DNA of 64,000 nt, taken from NCBI GenBank assembly GCA_963771175.1, contig CAVYSY010000044.1, forward strand, positions 128,001 through 192,000, read 5' to 3'. Source of the stretch: an uncultured delta proteobacterium. Its GTDB lineage: Bacteria; Myxococcota; Myxococcia; Myxococcales; Myxococcaceae. The notes under the pieces are model-generated. The model had not been told where the DNA came from. It did not search any database and was given only the letters and a program-made list of their open reading frames with translations. Position numbers and translations under genes: made by a program. This document shows, in pieces, positions 54,465 to 64,000 of this stretch (its first letter is position 1; each line of letters starts with the position of its first letter).

Positions 54465-55776
54465 ATGAAGGGATGCCTCATGCTGCTGCGCATGGCCCTG
54501 GCGCTGTGCTTCGTGGTGCCCACCTCGTGTGCCACGTCTCGGGCCGTCGCCCCTGATGGCGAGCGAGCCCGCGCGGAGCCCAAGATGGTGAGGGTCGAGG
54601 CGCTGTCCGGAGACCGACTGCAGCTCTCCTTCGCGCCGGTGGCACCCGACCCGTCCCTGGAGGTGCTGCGCCTGGAGGAAGCCAGGGACGACGCTCGCAC
54701 TGCTGCACGAGTCCCTGCCCCCGAGGCAGAAGCCCCGGCTCCGGCTCGTCCTGGCTTCCACGGGGCAGGGTGAAGGCACGCCCGCGCCGTGGGAGCTGCG
54801 CTTGCGCGAGGAGTACCTCTCCCGCTTCGGCGAGTCGCTGCTGCCCCTGCCGCAATCACTGGAGTCGAGCCGCCTCTTCCTCGCCCTCAAGCTGTCCCCC
54901 CGCTACATGGGTGCGGGGGTGCGCGAGGCGGCGCAAGAGCTCTTCTCCTCCCCCGTCTTCCTCTCAAGCGTGGCGCTCTCGGTGCTCGTGTACTTTGCCG
55001 CCTGGCTGGCGCCCGAGCCGCTGTTCACCAAGGCCTTCGTGGTGGCACTCACCGTCCGCCTGTCGCTGCTGGTGGGCGCCCTGGAGCTCACCCACCTGGC
55101 CCGGGCCTGTCTGCGCCTGTACCAGGAGGCCGAGGCCGCCAGGACGGTGCAGGAGTTGGAGGCCGCGGCGGAGCACTTCGGCAAGGCGATGGGGGGCACG
55201 GCGCTCCGGGCGCTGATGATGGTGGCCAGCATGGGCATCTCCAAGGGCCTGCCCCAGGTGCCGCAGGGCGGCCTCGGCTCCCTGCTGAGCGCCCCCCGGT
55301 ATGCCCTGGCCGAGGGCATGACGCTGCAGGGCGCGACGACGGTACAGATGGTGGCCGACGGCACCGTCCTCGTGACGGGCGTGGCGGCGGGCACGGCGGC
55401 CGCCGCGGTGGGCAGCGCCTGCGCCGATGGCTCCGAAGAGAAGGACGGCCACCACTGGCACCACCTCGCCACCAACAAGAACGAAGTCTCGACGGCATCC
55501 GGCGGTCCCTGGACCCCACTGTTCGAGGAAATCTTCGAGGCGGCGGGGATGAGCCTGGACGCAGCGGAGAACCTCGTCTACCTCAAGGGTCACAAGGGTC
55601 CGCACCCGGAGGAGTACCACCGCAGGGTGTACGAGGAGCTCAGCACGGCGGTCACAGGCTGCGGAACCGTCTCTCACTGCAAGCGCAAGCTGGTGGAGGC
55701 GCTCAGGAAGCTCGCGGATGAGGTATGCACCCCCGGGTCACGACTCCACCGGCTGGTGACGAAGTCCCAGGACTGA
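54465..55776 (+). CDS. AHH-domain (HNH/EndoVII-fold) nuclease lipoprotein toxin; apparent frameshift(s) near 54690-54790
   Basis: Lipobox-like PTSC; HWHHLATNKN, NLVYLKGHKGPHPEEYH. Confidence 0.82.
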
Positions 55777-55792
55777 GGCCGGAGCGAGAAAC

Positions 55793-56359
55793 ATGCCCAA
55801 GTACTACGACTTGAAGGACGACAGGTACCATCCCGGCCGCTGGCACTTGAGAAGTCCCGTCGATGAACACGGGCAGAAAATCAATCCCTGGCAGTTCGAC
55901 AAAGGCCGACGGCTCGACCCCCAGGGACATCATCCGTTTCCCCGTGAGAGCCCGACGGAGTGGAGCTGGACTTCAGCTGGGCCGCCTTCAGCATCCCCGT
56001 GGTCAACAGTCGTTTCGTCCAACTCTTCGAGCGCCTGGGCATCCAGGAGGTGCAGTTCCTCCCCGTCCAGGTGGAGGACCACGCCGGGCCCTATTTCATC
56101 CTCAACACCCTGCGCATCCTCCGCTGCATCGACGAGGCCCGGTGCGAGGAGGTGCGGCACTGGAAGCCCGAGGATGGCCAACCCGAGAAGGTGGGCCAGT
56201 ACCGGTACATCGCGGGAATGCGCATCGACCCGACGAAAGTGGAAGGAGCGCGCATCTTCCGCCCCTGGGGCTGGCCGCTGGCCCTCATCATCTCCGAGGA
56301 CCTCAAGGAGGCCCTGGAGCGCGAGGGCCTCACCGGCACGAAGCTTCACCGAGGCCTGA
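55793..56359 (+). CDS. Imm11/DUF1629-like immunity protein (apparent frameshifts)
   Basis: LDFSWAAFSIPVV, VQFLPVQV, YFILN...CIDE, IFRPWGW..ALIISE..KEALE..G.TG..F; directly follows the toxin. Confidence 0.78.
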   Translation: MPKYYDLKDDRYHPGRWHLRSPVDEHGQKINPWQFDKGRRLDPQGHHPFPRESPTEWSWTSAGPPSASPWSTVVSSNSSSAWASRRCSSSPSRWRTTPGPISSSTPCASSAASTRPGARRCGTGSPRMANPRRWASTGTSRECASTRRKWKERASSAPGAGRWPSSSPRTSRRPWSARASPARSFTEA

Positions 56360-56390
56360 AGCCCCTCCACCCGTGTCCCGCGAGCCCCCG

Positions 56391-57392
56391 CTACCAGCAC
56401 CGAGCGGCGAACGCCGCGAGCTCGCGGTTGAACCGTCTCGAGTCCTCCCAGAAGGGCGAGTGGCCAACGCCGGGGTAGAGGGAGAGCTGGGCGTCGGGGA
56501 TGACGGAGGCGATGTGGCGGCTGGAGTCGGTCCGCATGACGCGGTCCTCCAGGCCATGGGAGACGAGCACGGGGAGGGTGAGGCGGTGCAGCACGTCGTC
56601 GTTGTCCACGGAGCGCGAGCAGAGCGCCTCGCGCACGTGCGGCGGCACGAGCTGGTTGTAGCCGAGCACCGCGCCACGGGTCTCCGGCGACACGGGCCGG
56701 TGGTAGAGCAGCGAGACGAAGGAGTCCAGGGAGGCGCGGCAGGTGGCCTCGTCCTGGGCGAAGAGGCCGGGGATGAGCCCGAGCATCTCGGGGGCGAGCA
56801 TCCCGAAGGCCTCCTCGGAGCCGCACTTCACCATGGCGGAGACGAAGTGGATGCCGGACACCTGCTCCTGGCCGTAGTGGCGCAGGTAGTCGGAGATGAC
56901 GAGGCCGCCGTAGCTCCACCCCACGAGCAGGGGGCGCTCGAGCTCGAGCCCGGAGATGACGGCCTGCAGGTCCTCGGCCCACAGGTGGCCCTCGGCATAC
57001 GCGCCGCGGGGCTTGTCCGAGTACCCATGGCCCCGCAAGTCGAGGGCCACCAGGCGGAAGCCCAGGGCCAGGGCGCTCTGGAACTGGCGCCACCACGCCA
57101 GGTGGCACTGGGAGAAGCCGTGGACGAAGAGAAGCGTGGGCCCGTAGAGGTCGCCCGCGTCGTAGGCGGCCAGTCGGAGGCCACCTCCCCCCTGGAGGGA
57201 GTGGACGCGGATGGGCACGGACTCGGAGAAGGGGGACTCCCGTCCGGGGTCGCGCATCAGCGAGGGGGACTCCAGGAGGGTGCCCCTCGAAGCCCGCTCC
57301 GAGGAAGAAGACGGCTGCACTGAAGGAGAGTGGGTGTCGTGCATGGAAGGCCCTGGCCCGGGAACGCGCGTCGTCCAGATAGGAGTACGCAC
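56391..57392 (-). CDS. Alpha/beta hydrolase (non-heme haloperoxidase-like); start uncertain
   Basis: FVHGFSQ, DLRGHGYS, GWSYGG, GVGHSPF. Confidence 0.88.
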   Translation of the reverse strand: MRTPIWTTRVPGPGPSMHDTHSPSVQPSSSSERASRGTLLESPSLMRDPGRESPFSESVPIRVHSLQGGGGLRLAAYDAGDLYGPTLLFVHGFSQCHLAWWRQFQSALALGFRLVALDLRGHGYSDKPRGAYAEGHLWAEDLQAVISGLELERPLLVGWSYGGLVISDYLRHYGQEQVSGIHFVSAMVKCGSEEAFGMLAPEMLGLIPGLFAQDEATCRASLDSFVSLLYHRPVSPETRGAVLGYNQLVPPHVREALCSRSVDNDDVLHRLTLPVLVSHGLEDRVMRTDSSRHIASVIPDAQLSLYPGVGHSPFWEDSRRFNRELAAFAARCW

Positions 57393-57633
57393 TGGGACAA
57401 TCGGAGGAGAGCCCTCGCTTCATTCCGGCCCTCCAGAAGTTCCTGGGAAGACGGGTTTCACGCCCTTCGCCGTCCGCTCGTGAACAGGGGGGCCGTCCGG
57501 GGACGAGGAGCCAGCGCCCGCCTGCACGGCGTGGACCCGGACCGCCCCGGGAGGCGAGGAGCGCGGACATCGTGCCGGGAGGCGGTTAATAGTAAGCCCT
57601 CGGAATACACCGCAGGTCTCAGGAGCCTCGCGC

Positions 57634-59427
57634 ATGAAACGCTTCTTCATCGGTTCGCTCGCGGTCGTGGGCGGGCTGACCCTCCTCTTCGTGGGAGCCA
57701 TTTTCGGACTGGCCATGCTGGGAGCGGCGAGCAAGCCGAGCGTCCCCGGCAACGTGGTGCTCGAGCTGGAGGTGGACGAGCCGCTGGCGGAGTACGCGGC
57801 GGACGACTCGCTGACGAGCGCCTTCGGCAAGGAGCCGACGACGGTGCGGGACGTGGTGGACGCGCTGGAGAAGGCGGGGGAGGACGAGCGGGTGAAGGGG
57901 CTGGTGGTGCGGCTCAACGGCACGCCGGGGAGCTCGGCGGTGGTGCAGGAGGTGCGCGACGCGGTGAAGGCCTTCCGGGCCAAGGGCAAGAAGGCGGTGG
58001 CGTACGCGGACACCTTCGGCGAGGGCGGGGGGGCGACGGGCTCGTACTACCTGGCCTCGGCGTTCGACGAGGTCTACATCCAGCCGTCGGGGGACTTGTC
58101 CATCCTGGGGCCGGCGGTGGAGACGCCGTTCGGGCGGGACGCGCTGGAGAAGCTCGGGGTGAAGCCGAGGATTGGCAAGCGCTACGAGTACAAGAACGCG
58201 GTGAACACGTACACGGAGCAGACGTACACGCCGGAGCACCGCGAGGCGACGGAGCGCTTCCTGACGAGCCTCTTCGGGCAGATGGTGAAGGGGGTGGCCG
58301 AGGGCCGGAAGCTGAGCGAGGAGCAGGTGAAGGCGGCGGTGGACGCGGCGCCGCTGCTGGGCTCGCAGGCGGTGGAGGCGAAGCTGGTGGACGGGCTGCT
58401 GTACCGCGACGAGGTGTACGAGAAGGTGAAGAAGGACGCGGGCGAGGGGGCTCGGCTGCTCTACCTGCACAAGTACCTGGAGCGAGCGGGGCGGCCGAAC
58501 GTGAGCGGCGCGTCGACGGTGGCGCTCATCTACGGGGCGGGAGGGATTGCGCGGGGCGAGAGCCAGACGAACCCGATGTCGGGTGAAGTGACGATGGGCA
58601 GCGAGACGGTGGCGGCGGCGTTCCGCAAGGCGGTGGAGGACGAGCGGGTGAAGGCGATTGTCTTCCGGGTGGACAGCCCTGGGGGCAGCTACGTGGCGAG
58701 CGACACGGTGAGGCGCGAGGTGAAGCGGGCGAGGGAGAAGGGCAAGCCGGTCATCGTGTCGATGGGGACGTACGCGGCGAGCGGCGGCTATTTCGTGGCG
58801 ATGGACGCGGACAAGATTGTCGCGCAGCCGGGGACGCTGACGGGGAGCATCGGGGTGTTCGGCGGGAAGCTGGTGACGGCGGACCTGTGGGAGAAGCTGG
58901 GGGTGAACTGGGAGCCGCTGGGGGTGGGGAAGAACGCGACCATGTACAGCACGGACCTGGACTTCACGCCGGAGCAGCTGGCGAAGAACGAGGCCTTCCT
59001 GGACCGGGTGTACGAGGACTTCACGGCGAAGGCGGCGGAGGGGCGCAAGCTGCCGGTGGAGAAGCTGCGCGAGGTGGCGAAGGGGCGGGTGTGGACGGGG
59101 GAGGACGCGAAGGAGCGGGGGCTGGTGGACGAGCTGGGCGGCTTCCCGGTGGCGCTGAAGCTGGCGAAGGAGGCGGCGAAGCTGGAGGGCCCGGTGCGGG
59201 TGGAGCTGTTCCCGAAGAAGAAGGGAGCGGCGGAGGTGCTGGCGGCGCTGCTGGGTGACAAGAAGGAGGACAGCAGCGACCAGGAGGGCGCGGGCGTGCG
59301 CGTGGTGATGCCGTGGACGGCGGTGTTCCAGCAGACGCGAGCGCTGTACCAGCTCGGCGTGAAGCTGGGCGTGGTGAGCGAGCGCCAGCAGGTGCTGTCG
59401 GCCCCGGTGCCCGACACCACCTGGTAG
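57634..59427 (+). CDS. sppA: Signal peptide peptidase SppA (67K type)
   Basis: YYLASAFDEVY, YKNAV, RVDSPGGS, SMGTYAASGGY, TGSIGV, GRVWTG. Confidence 0.95.
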   Translation: MKRFFIGSLAVVGGLTLLFVGAIFGLAMLGAASKPSVPGNVVLELEVDEPLAEYAADDSLTSAFGKEPTTVRDVVDALEKAGEDERVKGLVVRLNGTPGSSAVVQEVRDAVKAFRAKGKKAVAYADTFGEGGGATGSYYLASAFDEVYIQPSGDLSILGPAVETPFGRDALEKLGVKPRIGKRYEYKNAVNTYTEQTYTPEHREATERFLTSLFGQMVKGVAEGRKLSEEQVKAAVDAAPLLGSQAVEAKLVDGLLYRDEVYEKVKKDAGEGARLLYLHKYLERAGRPNVSGASTVALIYGAGGIARGESQTNPMSGEVTMGSETVAAAFRKAVEDERVKAIVFRVDSPGGSYVASDTVRREVKRAREKGKPVIVSMGTYAASGGYFVAMDADKIVAQPGTLTGSIGVFGGKLVTADLWEKLGVNWEPLGVGKNATMYSTDLDFTPEQLAKNEAFLDRVYEDFTAKAAEGRKLPVEKLREVAKGRVWTGEDAKERGLVDELGGFPVALKLAKEAAKLEGPVRVELFPKKKGAAEVLAALLGDKKEDSSDQEGAGVRVVMPWTAVFQQTRALYQLGVKLGVVSERQQVLSAPVPDTTW

Positions 59428-59725
59428 CCAGACACCCCGAGCTGTAACCAGACGCCTGGAGGTAGCGGAGAAGCCACTCCGCGGCCTCCAGGCGTTTTGC
59501 CGTGGTTCAGAGGAGCTCGGTGCCTCCGAGCGTCCAGCAGCCAACACGAAGCGCGTCCGATACCCGGACCAACCCGAAGTCCCGTGAAGACAGACAGCTC
59601 CTGGCGCCCACCAGGAAGCACATGGCGCGAACGGAGAAGACAGACAGCGGCAGATGCCCTACAGAGGCGCGCGCCAGACCGGGCCCGGGGGGACCGGGGA
59701 GTCACGGCACGCGAGGGGGCAGTCG

Positions 59726-60721
59726 ATGCAGACGAAGAAGCGCCTGGGCGAAATCCTGGTGGAGCTGGGGGCGGTGGACGAGCTGCAGCTCCAGTCCGCG
59801 CTGGCGTACCAGCGCAAGTGGGGCGTGCCGCTGGGGCAGGTGGTGGTGGACCTGCGCTTCTGCTCGGGGGAGCAGGTGCTGGGAGCGCTGGCGCGGCAGA
59901 CGGGCGTGTCGGCGGTGGCGCTGGACGCGGAGCTGCTGGACCCGAAGCTGGCGAAGCTGATGCCGAGGCGGCTGGCGGAGCAGCACCGGGTGGTGCCGCT
60001 GCGAGTCGAGGGCCCGCGGGACATGGTGCTGGTGGTGGCGATCGCCGCGCCGGCGAGCATGCACTCGCTGGACGCGGTGCGGAGCGTGACGGGCAAGCTG
60101 CGCGTGGTGCCGAGGCTGGCGACGGACGCGGCCATCTCGCGGGCCCTCGAGCGGCTCTACCTCGGAGGAGGGGAGGCACCGAGGCGGCCGGAGGTGGCGG
60201 CCATCACGCTGCCCGAGGCGGACGTGGACCTGCTGGTGCAGGTGGACTGGCCGGCGCGTCCCATCCTCATTCCGACCCTGGACCTGGAGCAGGAGCCGCT
60301 GGAGCTGCCGCTGCTGGAGCCGCTGGACGTGGCGGAGCTGGCGGGGCTGGTGGAGCTGGACGGGCCCGAGCCGGGCAGGGTGCTCCTCTACGGCTGGGGA
60401 GCGGCGGCGTCGGAGGGGCTGGTGCGCGTGGTGGGCGAGGCGGGCTTCCGGGTGAGCGTGGCGAGCACGGCCGAAGTACTGGCCGCGGACGAGCGCGCGG
60501 TGGTGCTGGCGCCGCTGCCCTCGCTGGAGGCGATGGAGCAGCGGCCTCGGGCGCAGCTCCTGGCGGCGGGCAAGGTGCCCGAGCAGGACGTGGAGCGGGC
60601 GCGGGCGCTCGGAGCGCGAGGCTTCCTGGCGGCGCCGCTGGACACGGACCTGATGCTGCGCGCGGTGCGTCGGCTGCTGCGCGCGGCGGGCCAGGCGCCC
60701 CGGCTCCGAGCGGTGGGCTGA
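59726..60721 (+). CDS. MshEN/GspE N-terminal domain protein without ATPase
   Basis: KKRLGEILVELG...QLQSALAYQ...PLGQVVV; C-terminal degenerate receiver-like segment (ARALGARGFLAAP). Confidence 0.8.
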   Translation: MQTKKRLGEILVELGAVDELQLQSALAYQRKWGVPLGQVVVDLRFCSGEQVLGALARQTGVSAVALDAELLDPKLAKLMPRRLAEQHRVVPLRVEGPRDMVLVVAIAAPASMHSLDAVRSVTGKLRVVPRLATDAAISRALERLYLGGGEAPRRPEVAAITLPEADVDLLVQVDWPARPILIPTLDLEQEPLELPLLEPLDVAELAGLVELDGPEPGRVLLYGWGAAASEGLVRVVGEAGFRVSVASTAEVLAADERAVVLAPLPSLEAMEQRPRAQLLAAGKVPEQDVERARALGARGFLAAPLDTDLMLRAVRRLLRAAGQAPRLRAVG

Positions 60722-60742
60722 GGCGCCTCGGGCTTCACGCGC

Positions 60743-61336
60743 TCAGCGCACCACCTCCAGGTGGGGCTCGGTGGGCAGCCACAGCGAGGCGAGCTCCAGC
60801 GCGAGCGAGGCGAAGGGCTCGGCGCGGACCATGGCCTCGCCCTCGTAGGTGTCGACGAGGAGCCAGCCGCGCTTGACGCGCTGGAACACCTCGAGCGTGT
60901 GGGCCGAGGGGTCCACGAGCCACACGTGGGACACGCCGGCGCGCGCGTAGGCGGGCAGCTTGCGAGTCCTATCCAGCGCCGCGGTGGACGGCGCGAGCAC
61001 CTCGCACACCCAATCCGGCGCGAGCGTGAGGAACGGCTCCTCGGGAGTGGGGGCCTCGGAGAGCCGGTCCCGACGCCAGCCGGCGAGGTCCGGCACGAGC
61101 ACATCCCGGCCGAGCCGCAGCTCGGGGGCACGCAGGAAGCACCAGCGCCCGGAGCCCCCGCGCCGAGGGTCCAACCGCTCTCCGAGCTCTACTCCCAACA
61201 TGAAGGCGGCACGGGCCTGACCTGGCGCCGGCCGGGGCGAAGCCACCAGCTCCTCGTCGACAATCTCTCCCACCCATCCCATCGGCAGCGCCTCGAGAAC
61301 CGAGTACGCAGCCTGGCTGTTGCACATCGGAATCAC
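60743..61336 (-). CDS. Uma2 family endonuclease
   Basis: PDLAGWRR, APDWVCEVL, HVWLVDP. Confidence 0.9.
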   Translation of the reverse strand: MIPMCNSQAAYSVLEALPMGWVGEIVDEELVASPRPAPGQARAAFMLGVELGERLDPRRGGSGRWCFLRAPELRLGRDVLVPDLAGWRRDRLSEAPTPEEPFLTLAPDWVCEVLAPSTAALDRTRKLPAYARAGVSHVWLVDPSAHTLEVFQRVKRGWLLVDTYEGEAMVRAEPFASLALELASLWLPTEPHLEVVR

Positions 61337-61421
61337 CCTGTCCTCCTACGGCCCTCGTGGGCCGGGCAGGGGAGGCATTCTAGGGAGGGGTCTGACATCT
61401 CCCGGGCGACCGGGAGGGTGT

Positions 61422-62753
61422 CTACTTTCCGATGCAGAAGCGCTGGAAGATGGCGTCGAGCAGGGCGTCGGAGGCGGAGGTTCCCGACACCTCCCCCAGG
61501 GCCTCGAGCGCGAGTCCCACCTCGCCGGAGAGGACCTCCAGCGTGGCCACGCGGCAGGCGCTCTCGGCGCGAGCCAGGGCCTCGGAGGCGCGGCGGAGCG
61601 CATCGGCATGGCGCTCGGAGACGAGCGCGACGGCGGAGGGAGCACCGCCGCCCCACAACCGCGCGAGCAGCAGGGAGCGGAGCTGCTCCACGCCCTCTCC
61701 GGTGAGCCCGCTGACGCGCACGTCCGCCCCCAAGTTCTCCACAACCCGGACGTCACACTTCCCGGAGACGCGCAGCACGGGAGTGGCCCCGGCCTCGCGA
61801 AGCCAGGCCTCCGCCTCGTCCCCGCCCGCCTCGGGAGGAAGCACGAGCACGGCGAGGTCCACGGCGGCCAACACGTCCCGGGTGCGAGCGATGCCCAGGG
61901 CCTCGATGCGGCCAGGAGCCGCGCGCAGCCCGGCGGTATCGAGCAGGGTGACGCCGAGCCCCTCCCACTCGACGCGGGACTCCAGCACGTCGCGCGTGGT
62001 GCCCGGCTCCTCGTCGACGAGCGCCCGCTCCTCGCCCACGAGCCGGTTGAACAGGGTGGACTTGCCCGCGTTCACCGGCCCGTAGAGGGCCACCCGAGCC
62101 CCACGGCGCACGAGCCGTCCCCGCCCCACCTCGGCCAGCAGGCCCTCGGCGACGGCGCGCAGCTCGGAGACCCGGTGCTCCGCGCCCTCATCCGCGCCCT
62201 CGGCCTCCTCGGGGAAGTTGAGCACGCCCTCCAGGTCGGCATGGAGCGAGCGGAGAGGCTCCTCCAGCGCCCGGACCCGGGCCGACAGCGCTCCGGCGAG
62301 CCCGGCGGCGGCGGCCCGGACGGCGGCCTCGGAGTCGGCGGCGACGAGGTCCGCGACGGCCTCGGCGCGGGTCAAATCCATCCGGCCGTTGAGGAAGGCG
62401 CGCCGGGTGAACTCGCCGGGCCCGGCGGGGCGCACGGCGGGGTGCTCCAGCGCGCGCGCCAGCAACATGCGCAGGAGCCGGGGGCTGCCATGGGCCTGCA
62501 GTTCGACGACGTCCTCGCCGGTGAAGGACTGGGGCGCGCGGAAGTAGAGGAACAGCCCCTCGTCGAGCACGGCGCCGGCGGCATCGACGAAGGAGGCCAG
62601 GTACGCATGCCGGGGCGTGGGAGAAGCAGGCACGCCGGGAGCGAGCATCCGGCCGACCTCGAGGGAAGCGGGCCCGGAGAGGCGGAGGATGCCCACGGCG
62701 CCAGCGGTGGGGGAGGTGGCGAGCGCGGCGAGCGTGGCGGGAGAGGAGCTCAT
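61422..62753 (-). CDS. mnmE: tRNA modification GTPase MnmE (TrmE)
   Basis: SFTGEDVVELQAHG, GEFTRRAFLNGRMDL, GPVNAGKS, PGTTRD, DTAG, terminal FCIGK. Confidence 0.97.
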   Translation of the reverse strand: MSSSPATLAALATSPTAGAVGILRLSGPASLEVGRMLAPGVPASPTPRHAYLASFVDAAGAVLDEGLFLYFRAPQSFTGEDVVELQAHGSPRLLRMLLARALEHPAVRPAGPGEFTRRAFLNGRMDLTRAEAVADLVAADSEAAVRAAAAGLAGALSARVRALEEPLRSLHADLEGVLNFPEEAEGADEGAEHRVSELRAVAEGLLAEVGRGRLVRRGARVALYGPVNAGKSTLFNRLVGEERALVDEEPGTTRDVLESRVEWEGLGVTLLDTAGLRAAPGRIEALGIARTRDVLAAVDLAVLVLPPEAGGDEAEAWLREAGATPVLRVSGKCDVRVVENLGADVRVSGLTGEGVEQLRSLLLARLWGGGAPSAVALVSERHADALRRASEALARAESACRVATLEVLSGEVGLALEALGEVSGTSASDALLDAIFQRFCIGK

Positions 62754-62796
62754 GCGGGGGACGTCATCAGGCCCCCGCGCCCCCGGGAGGACGGAG

Positions 62797-63969
62797 CTAC
62801 GGACAGGCGGGAGCGGCGGGGGATTGGAGATTCTCGTTGAAGGAACCGTTGCAGGACACGCTGCCATTGCCCTCGACCTGCCCCCCGCCCCGGAACTGGG
62901 AGCTGGCGATGCGGACGACGAGGCCCGGGGCGCTGCGCACGGACCAGGTGGTGCCGACGAGGGTGGAGCGCAGCACGTCCACGGTATAGGAGCCGCCGTC
63001 GGAGCGGGAGACCTCCAGTGCGAGCGCCTGCCGCCCCCCTGTACCCGAGCCCGAGAGGGTGCCGTCCCGGACGGTGGCCTGGCACGAGCTCAGCCGCAGC
63101 CCGATGGAGACCCCGCCCTCGGAGCCGGAGACCTCGGCCCGCACGAGCTCCACGGTGGAGCCCGCGGCCTCCACGCCCACACTCTCGGACGCACCGCCCA
63201 GGCTGGTGGCGAACGAGTCCCACAGCCCCAGGGTGCCGCGCTGCACGGAGACGCCGAGCGCCCGCGTCCCTCCCCGCGCCACGGCGGAGGAGCCCGAGAG
63301 CGTCACGGTGCAGCCCTCGCACGAGAACCCCACGGTATCGCCCTGCGCGGAGGAGGCCACGGCCTGGACGCGCTCGAAACCACCGGGGCCGGGGCCGGCG
63401 GAGGAGCGGATGGCGACGGTGCGCCGCTGTCCGTCCCGGGCGAGGGCCACCACGTCCCGAGCGCGGAACAGGGGCGTCTCGGTGGAGAGCGCCAGGGCCT
63501 CCTCGCCTCCGCCCACGTGCTCCACGGTGAGCGCGCTCAACTCGGTGCGCTCCTCGGCCACGAGGGTGGCGCCCGGGGCGCTGGAGCGCACGGTGGTGAG
63601 CGCATGCCCCGAGCCCTGGATGTGGATGAATGAGCGCATCCGCAACCCCTGGGCGCCGAGGTCGTACACGCCGGGCTCCAGGAAGAGCAGCCAGGGCTCC
63701 TCCGCGGAGACCTTCGCGATGGACTGGAGCGCGTTGCGGAGGTTCTCGCCGCCGATGAGCGGGTTGTCGCCCGGGGGGACGACGCGGATGCGGGCGAAGT
63801 TGCCCGGAGGCCCCGCGGGTCCAGGGTCTCCCTTGGGACCCGGCTCGCCTCTCGGTCCGACAGTGCCCTCTCCAGCAGCGGGAGGGGGGTCTTCCTTCGT
63901 CCCGGGCTCGGGCTCGTCTCCGCAGGCCGAGACGAGCGTGGTGAGGATGCACACGGTGGAGAAGGACAC
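62797..63969 (-). CDS. Lipoprotein with short collagen-like segment and probable beta-helix
   Basis: LVSAC lipobox; GPRGEPGPKGDPGPAGPPG; LEPGVYDLG...IQGSG. Confidence 0.7.
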   Translation of the reverse strand: MSFSTVCILTTLVSACGDEPEPGTKEDPPPAAGEGTVGPRGEPGPKGDPGPAGPPGNFARIRVVPPGDNPLIGGENLRNALQSIAKVSAEEPWLLFLEPGVYDLGAQGLRMRSFIHIQGSGHALTTVRSSAPGATLVAEERTELSALTVEHVGGGEEALALSTETPLFRARDVVALARDGQRRTVAIRSSAGPGPGGFERVQAVASSAQGDTVGFSCEGCTVTLSGSSAVARGGTRALGVSVQRGTLGLWDSFATSLGGASESVGVEAAGSTVELVRAEVSGSEGGVSIGLRLSSCQATVRDGTLSGSGTGGRQALALEVSRSDGGSYTVDVLRSTLVGTTWSVRSAPGLVVRIASSQFRGGGQVEGNGSVSCNGSFNENLQSPAAPACP

Positions 63970-64000
63970 GGCGCCGCATGGTGAGACCCTCCCTATGCCC

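Overview
High-GC myxobacterial chromosome segment (Myxococcales/Archangiaceae-like, judged from gene content), probably near the replication origin. The backbone comprises an ActA/ActB-like cytochrome locus, egtB-egtD, bacM-parB-parA followed by an array of 14 parS sites, rsmG, mnmG and, at the far end, sppA and mnmE. About 35 kb of accessory DNA lies between mnmG and mnmE. It carries two Uma2 nucleases, a Septu-like ATPase+HNH pair, a DUF2381 module inside direct repeats, a HipA-HTH toxin-antitoxin pair, peptidases, and an AHH lipoprotein toxin with an immunity gene. The most striking structure is 32-49 kb: one intact RAYT-like Y1 HUH transposase, with co-oriented GGGAAGGGTGTC(AGACACTTTGTAC) repeats, element ends and deletion derivatives sitting between almost every unrelated cargo gene, like a cassette array. 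The repeats form nested 'stutter' ladders that often break at GTGTC/GACAC. Remnants and ends of an IS91-like element are interleaved. Many genes, including conserved mnmG and rsmG, show frameshifts that are probably sequencing or assembly indels, so pseudogene calls are uncertain. All assignments come from motif recognition by eye; no searches were run.
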